DNA of 64,000 nucleotides. It comes from Basidiobolus meristosporus CBS 931.73. Lineage: Eukaryota; Fungi; Basidiobolomycota. The stretch is taken from contig MCFE01000175.1 in assembly GCA_002104905.1 (NCBI GenBank), positions 62,001 to 126,000 of the forward strand, given 5' to 3'. Each line of letters opens with the position of its first letter. Position 1 is the stretch's first letter. The notes under the pieces were generated by a model. That model made no database searches. It was not told the DNA's origin and worked only from the letters and a program-made list of their open reading frames with translations. Positions 26,001-40,180 of the stretch are shown piece by piece. Made by a program: the position numbers and the translations under genes.

Positions 26001-27720
26001 CTGCTTTTGCAAATACATTAGCAAAGCTTAGATATTTTTGAGATCATGACAACATCAGAACTTTTGCTAGCAAGAGTACAACAGATTCAACAAGCAAACA
26101 CTCTGCAAAAGAATACAATAGAAAACCTGAAGAAATCCAGAATGGCTGGCAAGGAGTACTTTGATGCTCAAAAATGCGTTAGAAGAGCATTGCTAGAAGT
26201 AGGTGAATTGATACTACTTCACAACACTAAGAGCCAAAGAAACAAGGCATCCAGGCTGGATATGCAATGGCAAGGTCCCTACAAGATCATACATGCAAAC
26301 AAAAGTGGATCTTACAAATTAGCAAAACTTGACAGTACTGTTGCAACTTAAGAAGTGATTTGGATATAAGGAACTTATCAAGAAATAGTGATAATAGTTG
26401 AACTGTTGTTTATTCATAAAGAAGCTCAGTATTTATACCTTTGTAAAAGTAGTACAGCTGTAACACTAATTAGGGAGGGTTTCTCAATATTCAGGAGCAT
26501 TCTGTAACAGTTTCAGGGTTAGTACATAATGTTTGGTAATAGTGCTAATTTGATCCTGACTATAGGGGAATAGTCATAAGATCATATATCTGGAGAAAGT
26601 GGCAAAGTTAAGGCAGTAAATGAGTCCTACAGTGACTAAGACTAGTCTAGAATTGTAAGTAAATTTTTAGCTGCTGAATGATACCAAATAGTCCAACATT
26701 TCAACAAGTACACCACCTACACTTGCACAACCTGGTAGCAGATTGTAGAAGTTCCATGTCAGAGGTAGTAATGAGGACATTCTCAATGTTAGGGGAGACT
26801 TGCGGTAATGGTCAAAGATCAAGAATTTACAACTTTGAAGGAAAATTACTCTGGACCCTGACAAGCAATCCACCCAAGAATATTACGTCATATAGAACAT
26901 AGAGTAGCCAATACATGTTTCAAATCAAAGCATATTTGAAACAGTAATTAACTGGTTGTAACTAAAGAGTTTAATTATTATTTATACTATGCCTCTATTA
27001 CTAGGATTACTATGGTGACTTGAATGTGTGTAACTTTCAGACCAGCCAATCAAATAATGTGAAATTCTCACAGGTGCTGCACCTATGTCAGATCTGCGCC
27101 ACTGCATAATTTCAGCTTTGCATTATATGTATTGCTTGTGTAATTGCCCAAAAACTTTGATCCTGCCAAATTTTTAAATATACAACTTCCCTAGCTGAAA
27201 AATGAAGAAAGAGCCTCACTTTCTGGAATCACCACACTACAATTACAAGTCTAAAGGTTGTAAGATTTTCCCTGCATCACTTGCACTGTTGAGTATTCTG
27301 ACTTTGATTGGTACTATATCAGTAAAGAGACTGCAATGCTCACAAGAGTCCAATCTAAGTTCTACAAGAAAACTACCACTTTTCTGTTGGTAAGTCCCCT
27401 CTAAGTAGCCTCTTTACTCTAAAGACACCCCTTTACTTGAAAGTAGCCTCTTTAGGCACCCTTTTATAGTAAAGTTCACTTTAGCGACCACTATAAGAAG
27501 CTCCTTTACTCTAATGACACTTCTTTATTCACCCCTTTAGGTCTTAGAACCACTTTAGAGACTTCTACACTGAACTCCTTTAGGTTAAAGGGGAGTTCAA
27601 AATTTCCATAGTAGGTAATATTTTCACAGAAAGGAAAGTGGCTCTCAAATAGGGCAAACTTACTATAGAATAAATAAGCCCAATAGTGAACAGAAGGTTA
27701 GAACACGGCTGTAGAAGTGA
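23088..27720 (+). mobile_element. Ty3/gypsy family Y element, decayed and deleted (partial 5' LTR 23088-23513, gag-pol, 3' LTR from 26801)
   Basis: Knuckle region similar to family A gag (PLPINRGYGGMK vs IPTNFQRGGMR), protease FFDSGPEINAI, RT start, integrase HTTPYHPQ and QWQGPYKI; purine tract AGGGGAGA before TGCGGTAATGG. Confidence 0.8.
23520..23527 (+). promoter_or_regulatory. Candidate PBS of family Y (tRNA-Ala-like)
   Basis: TGGTGGAG 6 nt after the LTR end, complementary to a ...CUCCACCA tRNA 3' end; only 8 nt match. Confidence 0.4.
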
Positions 27721-27759
27721 AATCCACCGCAATCAAGCAGTATATCATAACAGCCATAC

Positions 27760-29330
27760 ATCTGCAGTAGTAAAGAACAATCAGATGCAAAGCTGTAGCT
27801 ACCAGTTTACAGGATTACTCCTGGACAATTTTGCACTATGTAGGAGGATCCTGTACACTATGGCACAATCTGACACAATGAGGTTAGCACATATAATTGT
27901 GCCAACTTTTTATCTTGAGATATGTGTGCAAAGATACCACAGTTATGATAGGTAAAATGCAGTAATTGGATATTTTTCTTTTATGTGAAGTTAAATAAAT
28001 GTATATCACACTAAAAACTGTGCTGCTACTTACTATTTTTGCTATCAACACCCCAAATAGACACAATGTCAATGCCTAAATGGTCAATGTATATCCTGTA
28101 CCTGTGAGCCCCCAAAGCTTCCCTTGATCATTACACCATCTACCTGATTTGCCATCAAATTTCCCATTCTGACTAATGAGCTAGTGAATCCATAAACTGA
28201 GTGATTGCAGAAGGTATCATAGCTAACCTGCCACCAATCAGAAGGGTGCCAAGCAGAGCAAATAGCTGCACTGGTCTTACAGATGATATATAAGTATGAA
28301 GGATATTTGTTTCTAGGGTTTTGTCTCAGATGTGAGACAACCTTGATATTACTTATATTTAAATATATGGATCATGGGTTTGCAACAACTTGATTTGAAT
28401 CACAAAAAAACTGTGCTGCTTGTTCACAACATATGATAGCAATTCAATGAAATTGCAGCATATTCTCTTAGGTCTTTTTTCTCACCTGGATTACTACTAA
28501 AGCATTTGGCAGTAATCACTTTGCACACCTAAAATACCTCTATGTTGACTATCCTCTTTGCTACTTGTGTACTTGTTGGTATTTTGCCTCCTGGCTGATG
28601 AGTACAGTGCTGCAGCTTGATCACACTGAGCTGCAGTAGACAATGTTACAGAACCAGCATTAAGGGACATGTGCTAACACATTCTTTTACTTATTAAAGG
28701 ATTCAGTGGGGAAGGTTCTTCCACTGGGTCATAGTTGGTCAGCTCTCCAGAACAACATTGCTGAAGGTCAGGTCTAATTGTCCATACAGGCATAATTAAT
28801 GTATTAGTAAGGGCCTTGACTGAGTTTGATGTAATGCCACATATTGATGCAATTTGGCTGGCTCCAATGGACTTGTGTCCAATTAAGTAGTTTGGCAAGT
28901 TCTAGTAGTTTTGCTCTGAACCATGTGTATTCATGCCATATGTGGTGCTCTTATGAAGGGTGTTGGTGTAAACTGTACTGACATGCACCAATGTGTTGGC
29001 ATTGCAAGGATGATAAGGAATTCAGCAAGGCATGAAGGTGGAAGCAGACTCAATTGCCTGCAGTCTGTACTTTTCCTCTTGAAATTCCCTTATGGATTCC
29101 TCAAGGTAGTCACTATCCTCTGTCTAATACCTTGAAATTGTTGCCTTGATGAGTCCTGGGTATACTGCTCTTGGAAGCCACTCAGCTCTGCCAATGTATC
29201 TTGCAATACACTAGTCATCCAAGGCAATATTCATTAGAAATCTCCTTGGCTCCCAAAGCTGAGGCACAAATAGAGGCATCCAATCTTTACTGAACAAATT
29301 GAGCATGGAGTTGTTTGCATGCATCTTCCT
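27760..29330 (-). mobile_element. Decayed partial copy of the PHIS element (left region and accessory ORF C-terminus)
   Basis: Collinear with ~51960-53560 with pervasive C>T/G>A changes. Confidence 0.85.
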
Positions 29331-29354
29331 AATTTAAGCTTAAATTTTGATGCA

Positions 29355-32294
29355 CAACACTGTTGTTGGGATCTCGACTCAATCAATAATGGAGGATCTT
29401 GAGGCTGTGGCAGTCAAACCACCTTTCACTGCCAACTCATCTACCCCACTGAAGTGTAGCTCAACTTGTTCTGCTTCAAACTCTAGTCAAAGAAGCTGTT
29501 AACATGTTGGTAATTCCTCTTGGCTATGATGGGATTCTGTCTGTTCCAGGCTTATGGCATTTATTGGCAAGAACTGCAGTTTTTTTTGCATGCTTCCCTG
29601 TCTCAGGCTTGGGTAGACATTCTTGCATTACCTGTTCCTTTATAACTTCCAAATTTTCAATGCTACTTTGACTGAATGCTTCTTGAGTGGCACTATGCTT
29701 TTTCCTTGATAAATGTTGTGCTGGTACATCTTTGTCTGCCTGCCTGTCCCTTTTTGGCACTCTTCCAGCTGCCTGATGCCTCTTTAATGCTTGTTTGGAG
29801 CTTTTAGCCCTGCTTGTAATGAGCTCTTGAGGAAGACACTGGTTTTTAGCCATGGTACCCTTGTTTTTCTGTCTTTGATAGTTTCTGCTGTTCCTAAGAT
29901 ACTTTCTTAGCATACTAATGCTGGCACATAATCCATTTGCCCATTTGCATCAAGGGTAATATAGATGTAATATGTCAAGCACATTTTGCTTGGCCTTGAG
30001 TTCCTGATAGCCTCATGATATGTCACCCTCAAGGCAATGGCATGTCAGACTTCTGATGGCCTCTTGAATGTTAGCCCATTCTTCATTACTGCACTCAACA
30101 GCTTTACCAATCTTCAATGTCTTATGGTTTTTAGGCTGTGATATAAACACCACATTGTCTCCCTCCCATGCAGAGATAAGCTTTTCTGTGGGCTTTATCT
30201 TTGGATATTGTTGCAGCGCCTCAAAGATTGTATGGTACTCCTCTGCTGTTACATCATGAAATGGCTTGATTCTTGGCTGTGACATTGAGCTACACGGGTA
30301 CCTTCTTTGCAGCAAAGAGACTGCTTTCTCTACCTGCAATATTGGTTGCTCTTCACACGTAATCTGCTCATCCTGCTTCTGGACTACTTCCTGATTTCTC
30401 TGGGCAATTGCATCTGTCCTATCAGCCACTACACCTGGTTACTTCATGAACACTTTGATATGAGCTAACAACATACTTGTTAATATGGGTGGGGGGATGT
30501 TTTGATGGCCACTTGCTGGTCTTCAACTGAAAATATTACATTTGCTAAACCCTCATCTTCCTGAGCATAACTGTCAGCTTGCGGCTCTGCAGAGGTTCTC
30601 AATTACCCACTGACTGAGAGCCTGGGAGTCTGCATTATTACCCTCAATGGGCACACTGTCAACATGACCTTTTTGGATGTAGCCCTGCTTGTTGCAATGA
30701 ATGCCAAAGCAAGATGTTGTCCAACTGTTGTTCTGCTGCCATTGGCAGTAGGGTTTGGTTGAGAATCAGACAACATTGCTTTATTTCTTGGGGGCATATA
30801 TATGGAAGAGAGCTAAATCAAACACAAAAAAGTGTTACATATACATAGGTATGTGGTGCCACATCTTTACTTATAATGCTTACTATGGTGGGTGATCATT
30901 GATTCTTACATTTATGTAGGTGCAATGTCTTGAATACAGGACTGTCTTAAATTCTCATGAGTATTGACTAAAAAGGGATAAAATAGTGTTATGTTGTTAA
31001 AGGTCAAACTGTTTGCCCCATGGATGAGACTACTGTGATTTAATGCTGTAAAAGAAGAGGATAAAGACCATATGGCTATTGATGCAAGCCTCTCAGCCAT
31101 GAAGCACACAGACAGCTTGGGAAGATTACAAGGATCACAGCCAGTGTTTTGCCCAACAAATCATATTTGACCATTCATCAGTCACTATGGTACCAAGATT
31201 ATCATGCAGGTCAGTTGATACTTCATATTGGCACTTGGCTGTCTTGGTAACCTTGCGCAAACTGAGTTAGATGAGTTTATGATGACTTTAGGCTCACCTC
31301 AGCCCTCTGAATATGGCACACAGAGTGATTGCTCTGATAAAGAAGGATCACTGATGGATTGTGGCCTATATCCCTTAGCAACAGTACCACTCATGAACCT
31401 GGTTAAATCCTAATATACAATGAGACAGCACACATTGAAACAAGTACCAAGGATACTTTATGGAGCCAAGTGGGCCCAGTAATCCATCTACTGGTGAATG
31501 ATACAATATATTGGCTAGATAAGTGGTATGTTTCTACTAATATCAGTAATGTGGGCTCTGAGGACTTACTACTACTTTGTGCCAATATCATTCTGGGATG
31601 TAACTTATCATGTACATGGTACAAGTGGACAAGCTTCAGGCAGCTTGCAACATATGACCCAAAGAATGTCCTGATTCCTGCATATGTCAACAGTTGCATG
31701 GCATTCACACCAAAAAATTCCACCATTGCAATGTGTTTGTAGAGGTCATTAAGTAGGAGGCTATAGTTGTTTTTGATTCAAACTATTTGTGAAATACCCA
31801 AGGCAGTAGCAGGTAGGCAAATATAGAGGGGTAATTCTACAGTGGTATATATGAATTACACAAGCAGATGTAGAAAAAGGAAATACCATTTGGTAAATTG
31901 GTATGGTATCATTGTACAGTACTAGCTGTAGGCTGCAATACTGCTATGATATTGCCATCAGAGGCCTACAATGGGGCCTTCAAAACACCGTCAAGTTTCT
32001 TGCCATATAAGACAATTTGATGTACTGGCCAGTTAGATTCATTTTGAAATAGTTGCAGAGCGCATTAACATTGCAACAATGCCATGTAATTATTGCTACA
32101 GCACCAATCCAACCCTGTTAAGTTTTTAACTTTATTCAAAAGTAAAAATAACTAAATGCTGATGTGATCCCATCATGAGATTGTTAAGAGTGTTGCTAAT
32201 TCTAAGCTGCTGGTATTATGATGGTCTCCAAATTGGATCCTGTTAGCTGATCAGGATCAGATCCACTGGTGGGACTAAACAATTTTTCATAGGG
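29355..32294 (+). mobile_element. CACTA-like element, partial (accessory gene, 127-bp spacer, deleted Tnp2, right terminus)
   Basis: Accessory ATG 30797 (-), transposase ATG 30925 (+), GATC-rich subterminal repeats, ends AATTTTTCATAGGG. Confidence 0.8.
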
Positions 32295-32329
32295 TCTGAG
32301 TATGAACTCATTACTTATGAATATCTTAC

Positions 32330-32530
32330 TAAGTGGAAGTACTGTAACTGTTGGGTTGTAACTTGGATATTCAAGCTAACTTAGTCATGAAGATCTTATT
32401 CTGTGATTAGCAATCCATCTTGACCAAGCTTTTAGTTTTTGATTTACTTGGAATATCTTCACTAAAAACATCAGGTACCACTAACATGAGATTTTCAAAG
32501 TTTTTCAAAAGTCCCCAGACCTTGCACAAA
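32330..32530 (+). repeat. Strongly diverged copia-family LTR remnant
   Basis: GATTTACTTGGAATATCTTCAC..CAGGTACC..AACATGAGATTTTCAAAG matches the LTR core at ~60110-60170. Confidence 0.55.
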
Positions 32531-33126
32531 TACTGTTTGGATCTTCCTTAACAAACTCTATATGTTTATCTGTCTTAATCTATCAAAAATATAGGTACCA
32601 TATTTTTCATCAATAAATCTAAACATGAATAACATATGAATCTTCCAGTTGTCCAGGTCACCTTCAGTGCTCCTTAGAATACTTCCACAAATTAAGCAAC
32701 TTCTACACTGTGTACATTGTGAGCCTTGGGATACTAATATAGTCACTTCTGAAATATTCCCAGGTACTGTTTCAGGATAGACCAAGGTAGTAAGGTCCTC
32801 TGCTAACAAATCTCTGACTTGATCAATCTCTGCTTTAGTCTTGTACACTTGGTATACCTTACTCTGATGATAGTATCCAAAAGATATGGATTTTATACTA
32901 TTGATCATACTCACACTGATAATCAGACAACTTCCTCCTGGTGCTCCACAACCAGGTATTCCTTGGTCCCAATCAAATGGCACTTTTTACTGCACTTTTG
33001 GATCTTGTAGCCAGTGTTGTATTATGGATTGAATTTGGCTCCAACTGTGAGCAATGACTACTTGCTAAGAATGGTTGAGTATTCCCCACCAGGGTATAAG
33101 AGAATGTTTGGACTCACTACAAGTAT

Positions 33127-34345
33127 TGCTGTAAGAGTCTTGGAGATAGTGGAAGTGGTTGGGAGAACAAGTAGAATATATGGTTTGCACTGACTGATTT
33201 ATTGATTGTAAATGTAGTTTTTATACTTTTCTATAGCTTTAGTATAACAAACATGTAAAATGGGCTTAGGAAGGTCTCAAGAATATGTGTACCCAGTTTG
33301 GAGCTGTTTGAACAACTTTGAGAATTTTCACACTATGGGTACCTGGTATATTGGTGAAGATATTTTACGTAAGTCCCTACAAGGAATTTGATCAGTGTTC
33401 TCTAAGCTTTGTAAGTAATGGTCTAAGTGACTAAGGTAGGGGAGTATTAAGGTGGAATTACAAATTTTTACAACACTCCCACTCAGCCAAATGTTCATAT
33501 TGACTAATCCTAATTCTGACCTAAGATATATTGAAATATGTCTCTGGCCAATGGTTGAGTAAATATATCTGCCATCATTTCATCTGTAGGACTGTAAACT
33601 AAGCTGACTAAGTTATTTTCTTTGGCTTTACATATGGAAAGGTTTCCAATATTGATATGCTTAGTTCTAGCATGAAAAGCTGGCTTTCTACCTGATTGTA
33701 TACAACCATAATTATTCTGAAATAAAGTGATGGGTGTTTTTCAACTCAAGTCTAAGTCTTCAAAAATCTTTCCTAACCACATTACTTCTTGGTAGTCTCA
33801 CAAGCTATCATATGCTCTGTATCTGTGGTAAAATGTGCTACAGTTGGTTACTTGAACTCCATGAGATTGCTCCTTTACAATAAAGAAAGGTGTAATATGT
33901 GGTGAATCTTCTGTCTTTCAAATTATGTGCCCAGCCAGCTTCAGAGTATCCCACAATGTTGCTCTGAATCATCATAGGTACATCTTAGGCAAATATCAGC
34001 TGTCATTTTAGGTATCTAAAAATCCACTCAACTGCTGTAATATAAACAAATCTATAGCTTTGATTATGCTGGCTCACAACTGCTGCCAAATATGAGATAT
34101 CAGGATGTATTGCAAGCATGAGGTATATGAGATATCTGTCTATAGATTGATAAGATGAGTCAGTGCTTTTAGATGGCATCAAGCACTCTTGAGTTGGTTG
34201 AGTTTTGACCAACTGGAGGTTTGTCTCCATTGGAGTAGCAGCCGGTTTAGAGACTTCCATTTAGTACTTCATTAGTGTATCTTGAATATATTTGGATTTG
34301 CCAAGGTTGATGGTCCAGGTACTTCTGCCTATGGGTAACTTTATT
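33127..34345 (-). mobile_element. pol: Ty1/copia 3' end: RT/RNase H remnant, PPT (33476-33484) and 3' LTR (33127-33475)
   Basis: GAGTGGGAG abuts TGTTG; the internal part aligns to ~59135-60000. Confidence 0.85.
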
Positions 34346-37300
34346 CCATATATATATCTTGCAAACATATGCTTGGTTGCCACCACTTCTACCATGAATA
34401 CCTCCTGAAAATCCGCAAAGAGCTTCTTGGTATTTAGCTTATATATCCCTTCTCCATGCTGGATTCTAGTCCCCCTTATAGGTGAACTCTGGCTCTTGTA
34501 TGTGTGAATTCTGTAATGAATGGTGTAGAAGTTGGCTTGTGACCAAGAGAAACCCGGCATGTTTTGTATACGCTTTCCTAATAAAGAATAGTTATTTGTT
34601 GCACCCAACTAAACTTTGCAGTAATTAACTGATTACCCACAGAGTAGGGCTGCTTAGCTTCTTTGTTCCATAGGTATAGGTGTCTCCATGTGTATATCTG
34701 TCCTTGGTAGTTGCAAACTCTGCCTGGCTGTCTTCCATATACCAATTCATCACATTCATCACAGACTTGATGGTAATATTCCTGATGAGATTGGGATATG
34801 GTAGTACCTGCGTGCTGACTTGTCTTCCTATATCCCCATACATCTGCTCTGTAGGAAACTCCCAACAGGTGAAGCAAGGCCCAATATTCTTCACACACCA
34901 AGCAAGATGGAGTACAGAATTAATATAGTGGCAGCAGAGATCTATGCATTCATCTTCATGGATGTAGTATAGCCGCTCAAATCCTGTAACAAACTCCTTG
35001 CACAACAGCTGTAGATGTGTCAATTTAGCATTGGTGATCAGCTTCTGGATAAATATTGCGGCATTGTCCACATATGACTCCCAATGATTCCAATGTACTT
35101 ATGGCAGAATTGGCTTCAGAACACCACTTGAATAAATAGGTATTCAGTTCATCCACTCTTTGCATTTGTATTGATGCATATATGTATGAATATTGATTAG
35201 AGCCTGTGAGAGGTACTTAAGGTAGCAGATACTCTGCAATATCTGGCCAATTCTTTCAAGTATTTCTGGTATCTCTAGGAGCTCATTCAGCCTGAAATGC
35301 CCCATGTACTACTCAGTCTTCAATTCAGGGATATTGTTCAAAAAAGTAGATGCATTGCTCCCAGTGGAAAGCCTTTGGTCCAAGAAATACCCTTTATTGT
35401 AGTATCTCAAGTTTCAAATTGACTACCTGTTCTGGCCCATGGCTCATTGTTTGCCAACTTTGCTACAGCTGCCTGCTGACTTCTATATATTCCCTCTGTG
35501 TAAAGATGATATTCATAGTGCTAGTGTTTGGGTAATAATAATGTGTATGAGTTATGGAGTAAATCACTTGGATGTTGCCCACTCAATAGTAATACTATCC
35601 ATTGTGCCCAGAAAAGCCTGCTATCTTGCTGATGGCTGGGGTATCTCCAATGCAAATAATAATATGCCCTTTGACACAATGGCCATTTACTATTATCATA
35701 CTGGCAAACACACAAAATGCATTCAGTAATGGATGCAGATAGATATTCAGGTTGGACAGTGATTTAGGCCCATATACCAGTGAGACTATCATCTAATTTC
35801 TGCTCTGGTAATGTAAGTTAGGTGGCAGTTTCAGGTTGATGAAAATATGTGGCCAGCAGGATTAGCTTGTAGAGTACCTGTTTAACAAGAGTCCATCAAG
35901 TGCTAAGACAAAGGCATGGTCATACATATGTTCAAAGTAGCCCTGGCTTCTTGGCTGTTTGCAATGTTTAACATCAAATATACTTGATATGTTTGCACCT
36001 GATTGATACTGATTGTGGTACTTTATAGCTTTGCCATATTTGTCAGGCTGCATGAGCTTTGTTAGACATGGTGTTACTGGAATGTATCTACAGTGTCAAC
36101 AACATATTCCCTCAATGGTAGTGGATTCCTGACAATTTGGACACATTGCAGTGGTGGCATTTTTAGATGTGAATGCCATGCAACTGTTGGCACATGCTGG
36201 AATCAGGACAGTCTCTGGGTCATATGTTGCATACTGCATGATGGTTGTCCACTTGTGCCCTGTACATGGTAGCTTGTATCCTGGAATGATTTTGGCAAGA
36301 AGTAGCATTAAGTCCCCAAAGCTGGCATTACTTATATTAGTGGAAATGCACCACTTCTCTAGTCAAACCATTACATCATTCACCAATAGATGGATTACTG
36401 GGCTCACTTGGCAGTATGAGGTGTCCTTGGCATTTGCTTCAATGGATGTTGTCTCATTGCATTTTAGGATTTGACTGGGCTCATCCATGCTACTGTTGTT
36501 AGGGGAGATAGGCTTCCAATCCATCAGTGAGCCTTCTTTGTCACAACTATACTCAGCATGCCATATTCAGAGGGCTGGGGTGAGCCTAAAGGCAACACAA
36601 AATCATCTGACTCAGTTTGCACAAGGTTATAAATACAGCCAGGTGCCATATAGAAATATCAACTAGCCAGCAAGATAATGTTGGTTCAGAAGTTACTGAT
36701 GAATGGTCAGATATGACTTGTGTGGCAAAACACTTGCCATGATCCTTCCAATACTACCTATGCTGTCTGCATGCTTCATGGCTGAGAGGCTTGTTACAAT
36801 AGCCACATGGTCTTTATTTTCTTCTCTGATTGTGTTGAATCAAAGTAGTGCTGTCCATGGGGCAAACAGTGAGACCTTCAACAACAAAATGCTACTATAT
36901 CACCTTTTGGTCAATACTCATGATAATTCAAGACAGTCTTGTATTTGAGACATTGCACCTACACGAATGTAAGATTCAATGACAACCCACCATTGTGAGC
37001 ATTATAAATAAAGTTTTGGCACCAAATACTCACATATATGTAGCACTATTTCCCCTTTGGTTTGACTCACTTCCATGTATATGCTGCAAAAAACTAAAGC
37101 CAAGCTCTGTGGTCCCCAACCAAACCCCACTGCTGATGGCAGCAGAAGAATGGTTGGACAACAGCTTGCTTTGATATCCAGCGCAACAAGCAGGGCTGCA
37201 TCCAAAAAAGGTCATATTTATAGTGTGCCCACTGAAGGTGGAAATGTGGACTCCTTAGGCTCTCAGTCAAGTAGCAATTAAGACCTCTGCAGAGCCACAA

Positions 37301-39193
37301 GCTGACTGTTATGCTCAGGCAGATGAAAGTGTAGCAAATGCAGTACCTCCAGTTGAAGACCAGCAAGTTGCTGTCATAAGAGCACCACCACACATATTAG
37401 CAAGTATGTTGTCAGATCATACTAAAGCATCAATGAGGCAATTAGGTGCAGTGGCTGATAGGATAGATGCAATGGCCCAGAATACTCAGGAAATAGTCCA
37501 GCAACAGGATGAGTGGATAATATATGTAGAACAGTCAATATCTCAGGTAGAGAAAGCAGTCTCTTTGCTGCAAAGAAAGAGCTCAAGTAGCTCTATGTCC
37601 CAGCCAAGAATTGAGTCATTTCCCAATGTACAGCACAGGATCACTGTACAGTCTGTGAAGCACAACAACAGTGCCCAAAGATAAAACCTACAGAAAAACC
37701 TATCATAGTATGGGAGGGAGACATTGTGGTGTTTATATCAAAGTCTTAAAATCAAATCACACTGAGGCTCTGTAAAGCCATTGAGTGCAATAATGAAAAG
37801 TGGGCTAATATTCAAGAAGCTGTCAGAAGTCTAGCATGCCATTACTTTAAGGCTGGCATACCATGAGACCATCAGGAACTCAAGGCCAAGCAGGATGAGC
37901 TTGCCTTGTTCCATGAGCATTATCCTTGATTCAAACAGCCCAACAGATCTTGGGCCAGCATTGGAATGCTTAGAAAGTATATTAAGAAAAGCAGAAACTA
38001 TCAATGGCAGAAGCACAAGGGTGCCATGGCTAAAAACCAGCAGCTTCTTCAAGAGCGCATAACAAGCAGGGCCAAAAGCTCTAAACAAGCATCAGAGAGA
38101 TGTCAGGTAGCTGGAAGAGTGCAAATTAGGGACCAGCAGGCAAACACAGATACACCTGCACAACATTTATCAAGGAAAAAGTGTAGTAACACTCAAGAAG
38201 GACTAAGTCCCAGTAGCAGTGAAGGACCAACAGTGATAAAAACCAGCAACTCTTTTAGGAGCATGTCCCAACTATGGCTGGCAGCCCACTGATGCCTAGA
38301 ATCTTCTAGAACCTTGTCATTAGTAATCACTTGGCAATCAGCAAAATTGTTTAAGGGAAAGAAATCCTTCATCGATAAATCATCCCTTTTATAGGTAACA
38401 CTTCTACCTTATTGATTAGCAATTGATCACTGCACCTGCCTTCAACAGTACATCTCAGACCTGCCATCAAGGAGCTTTTCAGGGTAGTCCACAAGACACA
38501 CAGAGATCTTTGGAGACACTTGGAGCACCTAGGAAGCTAGAGAAGCAGGAGCTTTTACCATAGTGACATATTGACAAAGACACCAGCAGTTTAGAAACTG
38601 AGGTTATTGCACCCATCAGACACCTCACTCACCTTGAGTTGTGTAGCTTCTCCCAGGAGTACCTCTACACCACCACACTGTTAGGTTCCCACTGGAGTCA
38701 TGGAAACAGAGCATTACACCAGAAATACTTATTGAGTGGCGGATTTTAATGGAGTTACTTGTTGAGTGTGGGGTTGGGGTTAATGTAAGTGTAGGGTATA
38801 GGGACCTTCATAGGTCAATACAATTGGCAATTGAGGTACAACTGAAGTTTCAATGGAAATAAACCAAGTTGTATGCATAAATAGTAAGAGAAATGGTTGA
38901 GTTAGCAAGTAAGGGACATGAAAAAGAGGCAATAGCCAATCAATGTACACAATTTTAGGAAGTATTCAATTTTCCAGGATCAGAGAGTGAGCAAATTAGC
39001 AGGAAACTAATCAAAAGACAGTAATATATTGTTGTGATGAAAAATTTTGAACAAGTTTTTTGTGAAATCTGGGGTGCAATTTTTTTTCAGCAGTCTCTGC
39101 ACAGTGTCATGATAGGATTGGTACCTCTTAGTCATGCGGCTTTAGTTCTATAACAGCCTTTTTACAGGATCATCACAATAATTTCTCATAGGG
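34346..39193 (-). mobile_element. CACTA-like element in reverse orientation, right end deleted
   Basis: Tnp2/DUF4218-like remnants on the minus strand (ATG 36953), accessory gene on the plus strand (ATG 37081), left terminus ...AATTTCTCATAGGG at 39193. Confidence 0.82.
38287..38677 (+). repeat. 3' half of a family A-related LTR (A5)
   Basis: Near-identical to ~47988-48378; ends CTCTACACCACCACA; flank CTGT. Confidence 0.85.
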
Positions 39194-39831
39194 TGCTGGA
39201 ATGATCACCATTGGTATATTCCTGGGCACTGATTCAGTCTCTTCCATAGTGTTGATATCTTCTGGAGTGAAAAAATTTCAATTATTTTCTCTTAGGCAAT
39301 CCCGACTATTGGTGGACTTGAGAGCAGATTTCTGTCAGCATTATACGTTATATTTTGTAAAAGTACTTGAATATTTTCAAACAACACATCCCTGAACTTG
39401 ATCAGCTTCTTTGCTTTGGGGTTGTAGAGTCTGTATGCCTTACTCTCATTACAGTAGCCCAAAAACATACATTTTATACTATTCAGCTCAAAGCTTGACT
39501 GATTTCCAGGCTTTTTCCTTGCATATACTATACATCCAGATATTCTTTGATGTTTTGCACTTGATCTGTATTGGTGTCATGCTTTGTATGGAGCAGAATC
39601 ACAGAGTATTCAGTTAAAACTCCAACTTTCAATGTATACAGTTGTGGCAATTGATTCTGCCCTAAAGTCATAAGACAATCTTTGATCATGGATTATAGAT
39701 TCTGCCAAATCACTTATTGATCTGTTTGCTTGTTCAGCCACTTCATTTTTCTGTGGGGAGTATAATACAGTAGTCTCTTGCTTTATCCCATGAATTTTGC
39801 AGAAGCGGATGAAGAGTTTTGAGGTATATTC
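39194..39831 (-). pseudogene. pol: Copia integrase C-terminal half, continuing from 60358
   Basis: EYTSKLFIRFCKIHGIKQETTVLYSPQKNEVAEQANRS; joins DNGGE at 60358. Confidence 0.85.
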
Positions 39832-40180
39832 TGCTTTAAAGTTCTGTAGTTCCACCTAGCTATTCATCTAACTTGGTCACTTAGATCATCACCTTCAAAT
39901 CTTAGAGAATACTGATTAAATTTCTTGTTGGTACTTAATTGGAATTTTCTCACCAAGATATCAGGTGCTCAGAACATAAAAATTCTCAAAGTTGTCCAAA
40001 CAGCCCTTAGCTTTGCACACATGTTCTTAGGATCTTCCTATGCTTATTCTATATGGTTGCTATGCTAAGACCATGTCAAAGTACAGAAACTACTCTTACA
40101 TTCAATAAATCATTAAGAGAAAATCACATAATCTACTTGTTGTCCCAATCACTTTAAATATCTCCTAGACTCTTACATCA

